Source: Xylographa opegraphella
Taxonomy: Eukaryota
NCBI GenBank assembly: GCA_022813865.1
Contig: JALDZX010000005.1
Span: 434,001-498,000 of the forward strand
Reading direction: 5' to 3'
Length of the DNA: 64,000 nt
Numbering within the stretch: the first letter of the stretch is position 1; every line of letters starts with the position of its first letter. Shown piece by piece: positions 47,942 through 59,814 of this stretch. The notes beneath the pieces were generated by a model. That model was not told the origin of the DNA. It did no database searches and was given only the letters and a program-made list of their open reading frames with translations. A program made the position numbers and the translations under genes.

Positions 47942-49033
47942 ATGACCCTAAGAAAAGCAGCGGCTTCGGGATATACGGACGTGACGAGGAAAAGCACAGT
48001 AGGTCCTCCGCAACGCAATACTCCATCTGTCCCAATCGCTCCACTTAATCCCAGCACACATCCCAAGAACGCTCCTTCTACTAGGGGTACATTGAATCCA
48101 CATGCGTTTTCAAGAAATCAACCTGTCCCAGGTTCTTCTCGGGCGCAGGAAGCGCAAGACAATGCGAAACTTCGAGCACAGACCCAATACGCAACAGCGC
48201 AGAGTCAACTTACAGCTACGCCCGCTTTTCGTCCCCATCCAGTTGATGTATTCACTCCGGCGAGTCATAGAGGAGGTCGCAAACGACATCTGGGTCCCCA
48301 ACCAGACAGACAGTGGGATCGACAGCAGTATGAGCCTGGGATGATCATTATAGCACCCCTGCACGAAGCTCACTTTGATGACAATATAGCAGCCAAAAGT
48401 ATAGCTTTTGGTGATCCATCCACGACGCAGAGTCGATACGGCCCAGTATACCATAAGGCACGTCCGATGATAGTCGTCACGATGCACGACAGCCACTACG
48501 TCGCAATATCGTGCTACATCTATCGTGGTAAAGGGCTAGGTACAAAAAACCCTGATGAACATCTATCGATGCATGATTACCGCTCGAAGGAACCACTGGA
48601 GCCACAAACTAAGCATGTTCCCTTAGAGGTAGGATATATGTATGATAATGCGGAAGTATTCTCCTCCACTTCCATGGCACACGTCGCTTACCCGGTTTGC
48701 CGGCCCTATTCAGGTAAATGTGAGCGAATAGGGTATCTGAACTCAGCCTCGACGGCTCGACTCATAGAACTTTATCGTCAGACCATACCACCACCACCTT
48801 CCAATAAGGCCGCGGAGGATGCCAAACTGGCTATAATCGAGACAGGGAGACAAAAAGTTCAACTGACCACACAAACAGCATCAGCAGCGCAGGTCAATCT
48901 GGCCATGAAGAAGATAACAACCACTGTAATTGCCCAATTGGTAAAGCCGTTGAAAGTTACATTGCGAGCCAAGGACGAACAAGTGGACGCTCTCGAGAAT
49001 CTTTTAGCAAGTTACGAAATTAAAGATTCCTGA
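47942..49033 (+). CDS. DUF6590-like domain protein (start uncertain; an upstream ATG at 47850 is in another frame)
   Basis: YEPGMIIIAPLHE...YHKARPMIVV...ISCYIYRGKGLGTK...RIGYLNSASTARLIELY matches my recollection of the fungal DUF6590 pattern (K-R-x-x-x-VV; TYxGxGxxK; IGx(V/L)); C-terminal coiled coil. Confidence 0.7.
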   Translation: MTLRKAAASGYTDVTRKSTVGPPQRNTPSVPIAPLNPSTHPKNAPSTRGTLNPHAFSRNQPVPGSSRAQEAQDNAKLRAQTQYATAQSQLTATPAFRPHPVDVFTPASHRGGRKRHLGPQPDRQWDRQQYEPGMIIIAPLHEAHFDDNIAAKSIAFGDPSTTQSRYGPVYHKARPMIVVTMHDSHYVAISCYIYRGKGLGTKNPDEHLSMHDYRSKEPLEPQTKHVPLEVGYMYDNAEVFSSTSMAHVAYPVCRPYSGKCERIGYLNSASTARLIELYRQTIPPPPSNKAAEDAKLAIIETGRQKVQLTTQTASAAQVNLAMKKITTTVIAQLVKPLKVTLRAKDEQVDALENLLASYEIKDS

Positions 49034-49566
49034 AAGGACGAAAGCAGGGCACTGTTATCTTATGTTGAAGTCATTATTCAGTCAGTTAATTCTGGGGTAA
49101 GTAAGCGGGAGAAGGTGCTAAGCGGGTGTGATAGCTGTATACCACTGCTATGGACTCAACCGCACATCTTGAACTCCTCGTCCTGGCGCTTAACGGGAGA
49201 GTTTCATTTCAGTATGTCTCCTTGATTCTATCGAAATTCGTTATGTTGTTGACCAGCATCTTGTACAATTGAATATTAGTACTTAGTTCGTACTAGATAT
49301 GTGTAGAAAGCATTATGAACACGGGGAGATTGGAGATCCTGTGAGTATTCCAAGTTTTCTTTGATATGAGATGAAGCATTTTCTAGACCTATGGTCATCA
49401 TCCGGGAAGTTGCATAGAATGTGGAACGGTGTTCTGATGGGTGTGACACAAATGTATCCAGCGGCTGGATGCAGCGATTCAACAACAGTATAACGAACAA
49501 CTTCTGTTCTGTATTCCATGTGAAGTCGCTTACTTATGCAACGATTGAGCCACTCCGCTTTCCGTT

Positions 49567-50082
49567 ATGGAAGCACCCACAGCGTTCTCCAACGCCTTAA
49601 GCAGCATCATTTCCGCGGCATATTCCGAACCTCGTCCTTCACCAGTCAAAGTCAAAGTCCTCCGAGTGCCAGTCGACAACACCCGGCCGCATCGGCTCGA
49701 GCTCGAAACCACCCACGCGGGCATCGATTGCGGCCCAGACAGCTTCCTGAGCCATATCCCCGACTTCAGGAAGTACTGGGGATCCGACGGCTGGCAGAAG
49801 CGTGACCTTCGCAGATTTCGACTGAGCGACCGCTCCGCGGCAGTGAATGGCGTGTATTACTGTTTCTGGTCCCCCTGTCGGTCTCTACCGCGGAACGCAG
49901 TTCATGCGAGGTTGCGAGCGAAGCGAGGCCTTGACCGGGAAGCTTGGGGGGATATCTTCATGGTCAGGATGGCGGGCTCAGAGTTCGGAGAGGGTGGCTG
50001 GGCCAAGTATGAACATATTCGGGAAGAATTGATGAAGGTGCCAATGTTCTTGGAGGTACTTGGCAATATTGCATGCGGTTGA
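49567..50082 (+). CDS. Hypothetical protein (171 aa, intronless)
   Basis: Globular-looking ORF with VLRVPVD, FLSHIPDFRKYW, NGVYYCF, LPRN and WGDIFMV motifs. Confidence 0.65.
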   Translation: MEAPTAFSNALSSIISAAYSEPRPSPVKVKVLRVPVDNTRPHRLELETTHAGIDCGPDSFLSHIPDFRKYWGSDGWQKRDLRRFRLSDRSAAVNGVYYCFWSPCRSLPRNAVHARLRAKRGLDREAWGDIFMVRMAGSEFGEGGWAKYEHIREELMKVPMFLEVLGNIACG

Positions 50083-50589
50083 AACTTTGGGGTGGGCGGA
50101 CTCATGGAGCCTTGTGGCGTTTTCCCAATTCATGCAATGGTGCTTGGATGGAGTCTTTGCATGGCGGATCACGCCAGATGGGGTTACAATACAATAGGTG
50201 CTTGAGCAGCACAAGCCACTGCAGCAATGAATCGATTCATTCACGATGCAACGTCATAACAATATTAGACCGGTCTACGTACACCTAGCATGAAGCACGG
50301 CTCCCACGCGGCCCCTGAAACAAGTCTGAGCCCTGTTCCGCGTGCTATTTTGGGTGCGAAGTGGGGGTGGGCTCGCTTGCTTAGCGGGCAGAGGAGCCGC
50401 AGCGATCGCAAGGCTGACGCATCATTTCTGTATGCGGATACTGAAGAAAGCATTACTACTTTACTATCGATTCCCTGCCAGATCGCCGTCCAGGAGACCA
50501 CAGAATCCAACACCGGCTAGCAGGAATCTGTTCTGCTGCTTGTGCCCTCGACATCAGAGCTCCCTCTTGCAACGATATTGGATAGAGCT

Positions 50590-52158
50590 ATGATTGACGA
50601 GAACCTTCCCAGTAGGGTGTTCCTGGGGCGAATCAGAGTGAAATGAAACTGCTAATATTGAGTAGCATTTTACTACAGACCCTCTGCAGATAGCGTCAAA
50701 CATGATGCTACCATCTATCTATCGCAATATGGTGGGGACGCTGCCCCCGCCTACACTCTTCGCCATCCCGACCCCGCTGCTCATGACTCGAAGAACAGAT
50801 ACGCAGCAGCGCTCTACGACAGCTATAACCCCGAAATCCTATTCGGAGAGGTTCTTTTGATACCGGAATGGACACAGCCCACACCGTCACAGGAAGAAAT
50901 AAGAAGAAATGGAGGAGTGCCCCCACCGCCTCAGCCTATTCTTCCGCATGAATTCGCGATACAGCTTTACAATCCTGACCAGCAGGTGATTATCAAGCAA
51001 CATCCGGCATCTTGGAACTCAGCTTCGTACTGGGACTTTGATATGCCGATGCAAACGTTCAGACAGCCATCCACCTCTGCTCTGGATCGGACCCAAAGCG
51101 ACCCGACAGCCTCGGAGATCACGCCCAAGATCAACTTCAAATGGAAAAAAGATGGCAAATTGTCGAAAGACCTGATCTGTAACTTGTCTAGCAAGTCTAC
51201 GAATGCTGATGGAAGCAAACGAAAACATAGAGAACCGGATATCCCTATAGCCTACTTCAGACATTTACGACAAGTCACAGTATACGAGCCCAATCTATCT
51301 CGCGTAGAGATGGAGGATCCAAAAGGCCTAGAAGTTGTGCTTTTATTGAGCGCTGCGGTGATTAGGGATGTTTACTTCGGCTCGATGAAAGAGGTCTTCA
51401 ACATCACTGAGGCCCCAAAGAATAGTGCTACGGGTCGAAGAACAAGCTCTCCGATAGGGGTGCTTGCTGCAGCACAAAATAGAGTGCCCTCCTCACAGCA
51501 ATTACCATCTCAGAAACCACTACGATATCTGAGCCCGGACAGTCCCCCATTGCCAGGGAACCGGCCACCACTGCGAGTGGAGACCTCAGAGCCTCGACCA
51601 CCACCAACTGATCCGCGTTCGCAATGGGAGATTGATGCTGAAACCGCGAGGCTGAAGAAGCAGGTTGAGCACGAAGAAAAGGAGCGGAAGCGTGCCGAAC
51701 GCGCAGAGACGAAACGAGTGAAGGCAATGTTGGAAGCGGAGCAGAAAGAAGCTCGACGGAAACAGGCAGAAATTGACAAGGAGACAGATCGGCTGAGGCG
51801 GGAATATGCTGCTGAACAGCGGAGAATGGAACAGCAAGAACAACGCCCGAACCTGCCTCCCCGGCAGAACCTACCACCGCGGCACTCTGCCCCTATTTAT
51901 CAGCAACCGTATCAGCAGCCGCCCCCACAACAACAATATCAACAGTATCAACAGTATCAACAGCCATATGTGCAAGCACCTGGGACGGGTGGGCAATATC
52001 TCCAGCCATACGGACTCCCTGGTAATCCAACTACAAGCGGATCATCCAACATCAGCCAGTCTGCGTTAAGGCCGAGCCGATCCAATTTCTTTGGCCTTAG
52101 AAGTCACAGCGACGATAATGGGCAAAAGCTAGCCAAGAAGCAAAGTTCAGTCTTCTGA
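50590..52158 (+). CDS. Conserved Pezizomycotina protein of unknown function (intron ~50612-50665)
   Basis: MIDENLP|..YTLRHPDP..KNRYAAALYDSYNPEILFGEVLLIPEWTQP...VTVYEPNLSRVEMEDPKGLEVVLLL, followed by a coiled coil and a Pro/Gln/Tyr-rich tail. Confidence 0.85.
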
Positions 52159-52526
52159 GGTGACTGTTCATTTCACACTACGTTTCACACTACATTATTC
52201 TTTCCCATCTTGCGCTTTGCAGCATAGCGCCTGCGTATGATGAAATGCTTGGCGGAGAGATCTGATACCCAGTGTAAATTTTCCGCAGTCATACTTTACA
52301 TCATGTCAAAAGATTTATGAACGAACAAATCAAACAACGTTTTCAGATGACTTTCTATCAAGAGGCATTCAACAAATGTGAACAACCGTCCTAATTTGCG
52401 GAAGATCTCCGTCTGCCCCGCTGATGTCATGTCCATCCCCACTATCCCCCATACTTATTTGAACAAATACCACTCTCCACACGCTCCCTTCGCAGACTCC
52501 AATCCTCCTCTTCTCATAAACCCACA

Positions 52527-53444
52527 ATGGCCTCCTCTACTCACGGCAAACGCATCGTCTTCACCGGCGGCTCCGGCAAAGCCGGCCGGCACGTGATCCC
52601 CTACCTCCTCGCGCAAGGCCACCAAGTCCTCAACCTCGACCTCGTGCCCCTCGACCACCCGGACGTCTACACCATGAAAGCCGACCTCACCGACGCAGGC
52701 CAAGTCTTCAACGGCCTCACCTCCCTCTTCTCCATGTCCGAATACGGGCACCCGGCCCCCGGCCCACCCCTAGTCCCCGACGCCGTCATCCACTTCGCCG
52801 CGTACGCGCGCAACATGATCGTGCCGGACAACGAGACCTTCGCCGCGAACGTAATGTCGACGTACAACGTCATCGAAGCGGCGTGCAAGCTCGGCGTGCG
52901 CAAGATCGTCATCGCCTCCTCGGAGACGACGTACGGCGTGTGCTTCTCCCAGGGCGACACCGACTACCACTCCTTCCCGCTCGAGGAGGACTACGACGTC
53001 GACCCCATGGACTCGTACGCCACCTCCAAGCTGTGCGGCGAGCGCACGGCCCGCTCCTTCGCCCGCCGCTTCGGCGCCGACATCTACGCCCTGCGCATCG
53101 GCAACGTCATCGAGCCGCACGAGTACGCGCGCGATTTCCCGGCCTACGTCGCTAGCCCCGCGTCTCGCAAGCGTAATGCCTGGAGCTATATCGACGCTCG
53201 CGACCTTGGCCAGATATGTGATCTGTGTGTGAAGAAGGATGGACTGGGCTTTCAGGTGTTCAATGCGACGAACGATACTATCACGACGAAGGTGCCAACG
53301 GTGGAGTTCCTGCGGAAGGAGTGTCCCGGGGTGAAGATCACGCGGGAGATGGGCGAGTGGGAGGCGCCGTTGAGTAATCGGAAGATCAGGGAGGTGTTGG
53401 GGTTTAAGGATGTGCATGATTGGCGGAAGTATGTGAAGGTGTAG
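52527..53444 (+). CDS. NAD-dependent epimerase/dehydratase (extended SDR), intronless
   Basis: TGGSGKAG Rossmann motif, IHFAA, ASSETTYG and catalytic YATSK. Confidence 0.93.
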   Translation: MASSTHGKRIVFTGGSGKAGRHVIPYLLAQGHQVLNLDLVPLDHPDVYTMKADLTDAGQVFNGLTSLFSMSEYGHPAPGPPLVPDAVIHFAAYARNMIVPDNETFAANVMSTYNVIEAACKLGVRKIVIASSETTYGVCFSQGDTDYHSFPLEEDYDVDPMDSYATSKLCGERTARSFARRFGADIYALRIGNVIEPHEYARDFPAYVASPASRKRNAWSYIDARDLGQICDLCVKKDGLGFQVFNATNDTITTKVPTVEFLRKECPGVKITREMGEWEAPLSNRKIREVLGFKDVHDWRKYVKV

Positions 53445-53804
53445 GGGGAAGGTGGAATGGGAAGGATTCGTGAGAGCTGGCTCGTAGAGTCGCTGTGGGA
53501 AGGGCGCCGTAGCTGTATATAGGTATTGGAAAAGTAACCATTGAATCACGCTCTATACTACAGCGTAGAGGTAGAGGAGAATCGCCGTGCGTCTGTTCTC
53601 AATAATGCCAGCTTCACACAAGATACATGGATGTTCATTGTCCGAGTAATCGATAGCCGCGGATGGGCTATGAAGACAACGAGAAATACAGGACTGCCAA
53701 TATCAGATAATGCTGGTTGGGTATCTCAATCGGAGGACCGACTCCAGCCACAATACCAAACCGTCAAACCCACGAATGCCGGTAATGATATAAGTTCTCC
53801 CCAG

Positions 53805-56800
53805 TCAGGGAACACCAAATCCCTGCGCGTTCTCAATGGCGAGGCAAAGCTTCTCTTGCAGTTTATCCCGGCTCGAATACTCCGGGAGTAGCAGCCGACC
53901 AAAACAGGTCAAGCTGGTGGGGAGACGCTGCAAGGTGTTAGCTCTCTCCTTAGTACTACTATTACCCGAGTGGACTTACATCGTCGTCGGTCCCATTTCG
54001 CTGAATCATAAATGTCATGCTGGACACGCCCTTGACGGGAACCCGATCACTGGCAGTCACAAACTCCAGCAGCTTCCGGAGCTGATCTTCGGAGAAACTT
54101 CGCACCACGAACCAGAAATCTTTAATGGTAGGATGATCCGCGCTGTAGCCGTTCTCGTACTTCGTGGCGCTCTCCAACTCGGCGAGATCGATTGTCTGGT
54201 CCCCTTCAACCACCTTTTGCAGAGCCTCTGGGGTGAAAATTGATAACGCCTTCTTGTCCAGGCAAACGAAAAATCCCCGGGCGAACGCGTCGTATTGTGG
54301 CTGTATCGACTTTTCGGTAAGCCAGTAGATGTAGTCTGCGACATACTGTTCTCGGTTCTCATTGGTAACCATGTTTGCTTCGGCAGTTGCACGGTCGGAA
54401 GCCAGAAGTCGCGCAAGATTATCCGTGTTGAATCCCTGTACAGGTCGTACATCGACGTACTCGGCGTCTGACAGTGATGGTTCAGTCTCGTCGAGATTGA
54501 CCCAGCTATTACTGCCGTCATTTGAGGTATGAGTTGAGTCTTCGAATGCGTTCTGGGTACTGTGTACTTTCCTTTGAGCCGCTACAGAATCTCTCCTATC
54601 ATTTATCAGCTTCACCTTGTTTTCTTCCACGAATCCTCCTGGCCATCCAGATTCTCTGCCCTCTCGTTCCATATCAACGTTGATGACTCCACCAGGTATC
54701 TCGACGGCGAAAATGTAGGATCTCATGAAAACATCCGCAACATCTCCATCTGACCAAGACAGGAGCTCTTGAAGACCCTTGGCTAATTCAGGCCATCCGT
54801 CCTGTATATGGGACAAATTCGTGACTGGCATGCCGAGCAGCTTGCGGTAAAACGCCAAAGGGAAAGTGACAGGCAGTGTCACACCGTTATATATAGCCAA
54901 GGACGTCAATAGACCCAGTAGCTCGAACTTGAAGAAATGCTCGAGCGAGCAAGGCTTGAACCAAGACATTCGAGTCCGTGCATCCGTTGTAAAGAGGCCT
55001 AAGTACAAATATTAGACCACAAAACCTCGTTCCTTTGAATGTAGAGACAGACCATAATCCGGGTTGAGTGCTTGACCAAGAGCAATGCGAAAGAACTCCT
55101 GTTGTACACCGCCATGATCGACACCCTCCTCTCCTTCATCCATGCCCATACGAACTTTCAGAGGCCGCATCAATTCCCGTTTCTGACGCCTCCATAGCTG
55201 GTCCAGCGCGTCGGAAAGTAAGCTATGACGTCTGATGTCCAGAACAAGATAGCTGTTTGTTGCGGCTTTGAGCCTCCCTTGAACGCGCACGTCTCTTGTA
55301 AAATGACTTAAGCGCTGGTACAAGTTGAATGTCGCCCAAGTACTCTCATATGCCTTGGCCATCACAGCATAATTGACCGATCGGAAATACGTCACAAGTG
55401 TAGCAGGGGTAAAGAGAAATGGAAAGGACAGAAGATGTAGGGTATTCCTCGAACTCTTGAATGATAACCAATTTACAGGCATCTCCATAGGGTCGAGCCG
55501 GTCGGAAATAATCGGAGTGGAGAACACTTCCAACGACAAGCCCAGATCAATCCGTCGTTCGTCTATTGCATGAAGTCAGCGTTTGTAATTTGAGCCAAGA
55601 AGGTTTCCAGATAATGATGTACAGAAACAAGCCATCAGGTCAACTGCGCCGCCAACAGCACTAAACCTGTGGAACTCTGCTTTACCATCCCATTCATGAA
55701 TGATGACACTGCGTAGCCACTCCAATATTGTCGAAACATATCGTACCGGTCCTACTTTCCACGTTGAGCATCCCAGGTTTGTATCCCAAGTCTTTTCAAG
55801 ATCTTCCTGGTACAGGACCGAGTCGGAGGCAGTCCCAGCGACTCTCAACTTCTCACCTTGATTCATCTCGGCACGGATGCCATTGACAATATGGTTCACA
55901 AATACTGGGAATTTAATATTTCTGCTGAGAGTGTCTTCGGATTCACCAAAGCTATACGCTGATGCCAGTGACCAGCAGCGTCTTGAGGCAAAAGCACGCG
56001 TTAGCCTAACCATGAGTCTTGATGCTATTTCATCATCATAACTATCCATAAGCTGTAATACCGGCTCAAGCAAGCGCTGATCGAATGTTCCCGTAGGAAC
56101 AAATTGTCCAACCTTGCGTAGAGAAACAAAAAGCTCCCAAGAAGTGGCTTTCAATTTCTGCGGGACCAACGGTAGATGACAAGTCAGTGTGGAGAAAGCT
56201 TTCATAACGACTTGGGCCGCCATTGAGTCTTTCATGTATTCTGCGTCTGGGTTATGGCGTATGTTACGCTCACTTAGGAAGACAACGCCAATATCCTCCC
56301 AAGCGGTCGTGAGCAATGGATGTGTGAGCAGCTCAGAATCAACCACCTTGCGAAACTGTTGATTTGTATGGGATCTCCATTCGCTTCTACGAACGCCGGT
56401 TTGTCCTAAATCGTCAGGCAACGATACTCGATATGATCCATTTCGGATTTCTACAATCCCCGAGGCTTTGAAGATCTCTGTATCATACAAGTTTTGTGTA
56501 AAGGACTTCGGGTCTTTCTCCGATCCAGGACGTCTCTTTACCGAAGAAGCACCCTGGTGGCTGGAAGTCTCGATAGTCGGATAGGCCTGAATCTCACCAG
56601 TTGCGCTTGTGAAGGTAGCCAGAGTCTTCGTCTCATTGGAAACCAGGATACTCGCGTCACCTGGTGACTGATTAATGTCTGAGACCAACAAGCGATCGTA
56701 GATGTGTTGCCCATGAACCGCAAAGACCTCGCTCATCAGGGGTGAATCAGATAGTCGGTCAGTAGGAAACGCACAGTCTTCAGGATCGCTGTCGACTGCT

Positions 56801-57220
56801 GGGCTATGAGGACACAACCTTTGCATGGCGTCGTTCTCGCTGGCTAGAAAGGTTGCCAATGCTCTCGCAGTAAGCACAGTAAATCTGCGGAACGGCCCCT
56901 TTGCTCTACGCTTCTGACACGACATACATGTTGGAGTACTACAAAATCGGTTTTGACAGCCATGGCGTAGCTGACGGTAGAACCTGTATGTCATGTTAAA
57001 AACAATCTGCTGTGAATGAACCAAATACCTGCCGGTTTACTAGGTCTAGAATGACCTCGCGTCCTTCCATTTTGTCAGAAGCCATCTTGGTCCAGGTGTC
57101 GGCCAACAAAGCTGAATCTAAGCTGATGACTTCCAGCGCGGGTCTCTCAGATACGGCGTCCTTAAAGTTCTCCTTAGGAGTGGACGAAGAGCCGCATTGT
57201 GCGCCGAGAGGAGGAGCCAT
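53805..57220 (-). CDS. HECT E3 ubiquitin ligase with N-terminal AZUL-like zinc domain (UBE3A/Hul4/Mug30-like; multi-exon)
   Basis: [54 protein letters not shown] and a spliced [17 protein letters not shown]...ENAQGFGVP* carrying the catalytic Cys. Confidence 0.9.
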
Positions 57221-57712
57221 GATGTGAAGTCGACAAGTCTTGCTCAACTCCGACTAAGGGGGGCTTTGGTATATGTATTCGGGCCATCTTTAGTATCGTA
57301 AGTCCTTTAAAAACAGTGGATATTGGCAGTCGCGACGTGCAACATCTCGATATCAAAACCCAACCGTTCCTGCATAATTCGTTGCCAAGTATGCATTACT
57401 CTGCATTAGGATATCCTGGGACTAGTCCTAGATTGATCGGCTCGGTAAGCCCTACAGCCCTTGTAGGCTAGAACGTCATTCTGGCACAACGGCGTTCTCC
57501 GTACTCGTAGAAGCATATGACACACAGTCCAACGACTTCTAATCGAGGACTTCCCACCCCACAGAGACTTCACAACGGTCTGCCCTTTGTAAAATCATAT
57601 CCTTCTCATCTAGTATATCGTTGACTCCAGGATTGCTGTCATCCGCCGTCAACTACCGTTCTGAGATCGCTAAAGGCTTCTACTTCCTGATAAGACACAG
57701 CAATACAGGACC

Positions 57713-59526
57713 ATGGCGACCATTACTGCAAGTAGACCATCGACTACAGTCTCAAGCTCAGGCCTTGAGTCCGGCAAGATGTCTGGTTCGGCACACTCTC
57801 ATCCCTTCACTGTGAGCAATTTCCGTAATAATCATGACTTTCGTCTATCCCGACTAATATTAGAAACCAGTGTGTAACATGTGCAATTGCATTCAGGAGC
57901 AGTGATTCGCAGCGTGGTCATATGCGAGGTGACTGGCAGTGAGTATACCTTCTCGGATCATTGCCCGTTTACTAAACGCCCAAAAGCCGATACAACCTGA
58001 AACGACGAGTGGCGTCGTTGCCTCCCTTATCGTCCGAGATCTTCGCCGAAAAGGTCCTTAATGCTCAGGCAAGCTCATCCGCGGCGGCCGCCAAAGCTTC
58101 ATTTGAAAGGTCTTGTACTGCGTGCCAGAAAACCTACTACAGTGAAAATGCATACCAGAATCATCTCGGAAGTCTCAAGCATCGGCAACGGATAACAGCT
58201 CTGGAAAGTGGCGAACAGCATGCTGAAGACGATGAGACGACATCTGTCATGAGCTCCACCATATCACTCGGTGAACCCATAGAATCCGGCCCTTCCGAGC
58301 ACATCGAGCCAGAAGCAGAAGTGGAATTCTCGAAAGTCGTCGATGGTATAAAGGAAGCTAGCTTGGAGGAGAAATCACCGGTGTCTAGACGACCCTCCAG
58401 ACCACACCATTCGGCACACGAAAATCGACCCGAGCACCCGCTTTCTCCATTAACAGCCAAAAGTAGTACTCCGTCTTCAGTTGACAGTTCAAAGTCGTCC
58501 GATGTCATTTCTCCCAACCGCTGCCTTTTCTGCAACTACGACTCACCCTCACTAAAGTTAAGTGTGTTGCACATGACCAAATTCCATGGCATGTTCATAC
58601 CCGAGCAGCCATATCTAGTAGACCTTGAAGGTCTTATCGGATATCTTCAAGAGAAGATTGTGGAAAATCACGAATGTTTGTTTTGCCACAAGTTGAAAGG
58701 TTCAACATCGGGGATTCAGACCCATATGAGAGACAAAGGACACTGTATGATAGCATTCGATTCCGAAGAAGAAATGGTGGAAGTTGGTCAATTTTACGAC
58801 TTCAGAAGTACCTATTCGGACGAAGAAGATGAAGATACCGATATGGAGGACGAGAAAGATGCTGCGGTCGGTGGAGTCAAGCTTGGATCGAAGCGCTCGC
58901 AAGCGGGAAAGACCGTTATCACTGATTCAAATGGAGACTCGGAGATGCTCACGGGCGATGACAATGGTGATGGATGGGAAACAGACAGTTCAGCTTCTTC
59001 ACTTGATTCAGCAGACCTGACCGCCGTGCCTATCGACCATGACCACGCCTTCTCGCGATTAGCTCAGCACCGTCATCACTCCCATACAGATCCACGGCCA
59101 CATCGCACCGTTGACGGCTTCCATTCTCACGCACATTCGCATCATGCTGCCTTCCATTCCGATTACGAGCTCCATCTTCCGTCTGGCCGTACTGCTGGTC
59201 ACCGCTCGTTATCCCGGTACTATCGCCAGAATCTACACAATTACCCTACTCCCGAGGAGCGCAGCCAACAGCGTCTCATTGCCAATGGATCCGCCGATGA
59301 CGTTAGCGGCGAAGAAGCCGATGCACCAGGCCGCGGCCGTCAAGTAGCAACGCGGGCGAACGGTGGCACGGGCATGATTGGCGTCACCGATGCTAAGAAG
59401 CGAGAGGTGGCGATAGTCGAAAAGCGAGAACGCAAACGGGCTCAGCGTTCGGAGAAACAGTATCAATGGGGCATCAACAAGAGGGCGAACTTGCAAAAGC
59501 ATTTCCGGGATCCGCTCCTGCAATGA
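57713..59526 (+). CDS. REI1: Cytoplasmic pre-60S maturation zinc-finger protein Rei1/Reh1 (3 exons)
   Basis: SHPFT|CVTCAIAF...HMRGDWH|RYNLKRRVASLPP, CTACQKTYYSENAYQNHLGSLKH, CLFC..HMTKFHGMFIPE, HMRDKGHC, GHRSLSRYYRQ and QKHFRDPLLQ*. Confidence 0.93.
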
Positions 59527-59814
59527 ATTTCGCCCGTATCTGGATTTTCTTTGGCATGGTGGCATCCTGAACATAGAAGGCGCTCGTGTGGTGAATTTTT
59601 TTATCGCTATCGCTGTATGCATAGTAAGCTAGGAGTAACTGCAATGATCGATCGCATTAGCTCATGCTGCTTGTGCACTATATGATACTATGAATCACTC
59701 CAGAGCGCTAGCTTTCCTTTCCACCCTTCCCCCCTTCTCTGATGAAAATCATCACCACCGCATCGCAAATCATCCACGGCATCACGACTCCACCCAAACC
59801 AACCCACCCCACGC

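Noticed and set aside
51840..51970. QQY and NLPPR repeats
   Set aside because: Ordinary low-complexity coding tail of the conserved protein; not a repeated-core peptide precursor (no signal peptide or KR sites).
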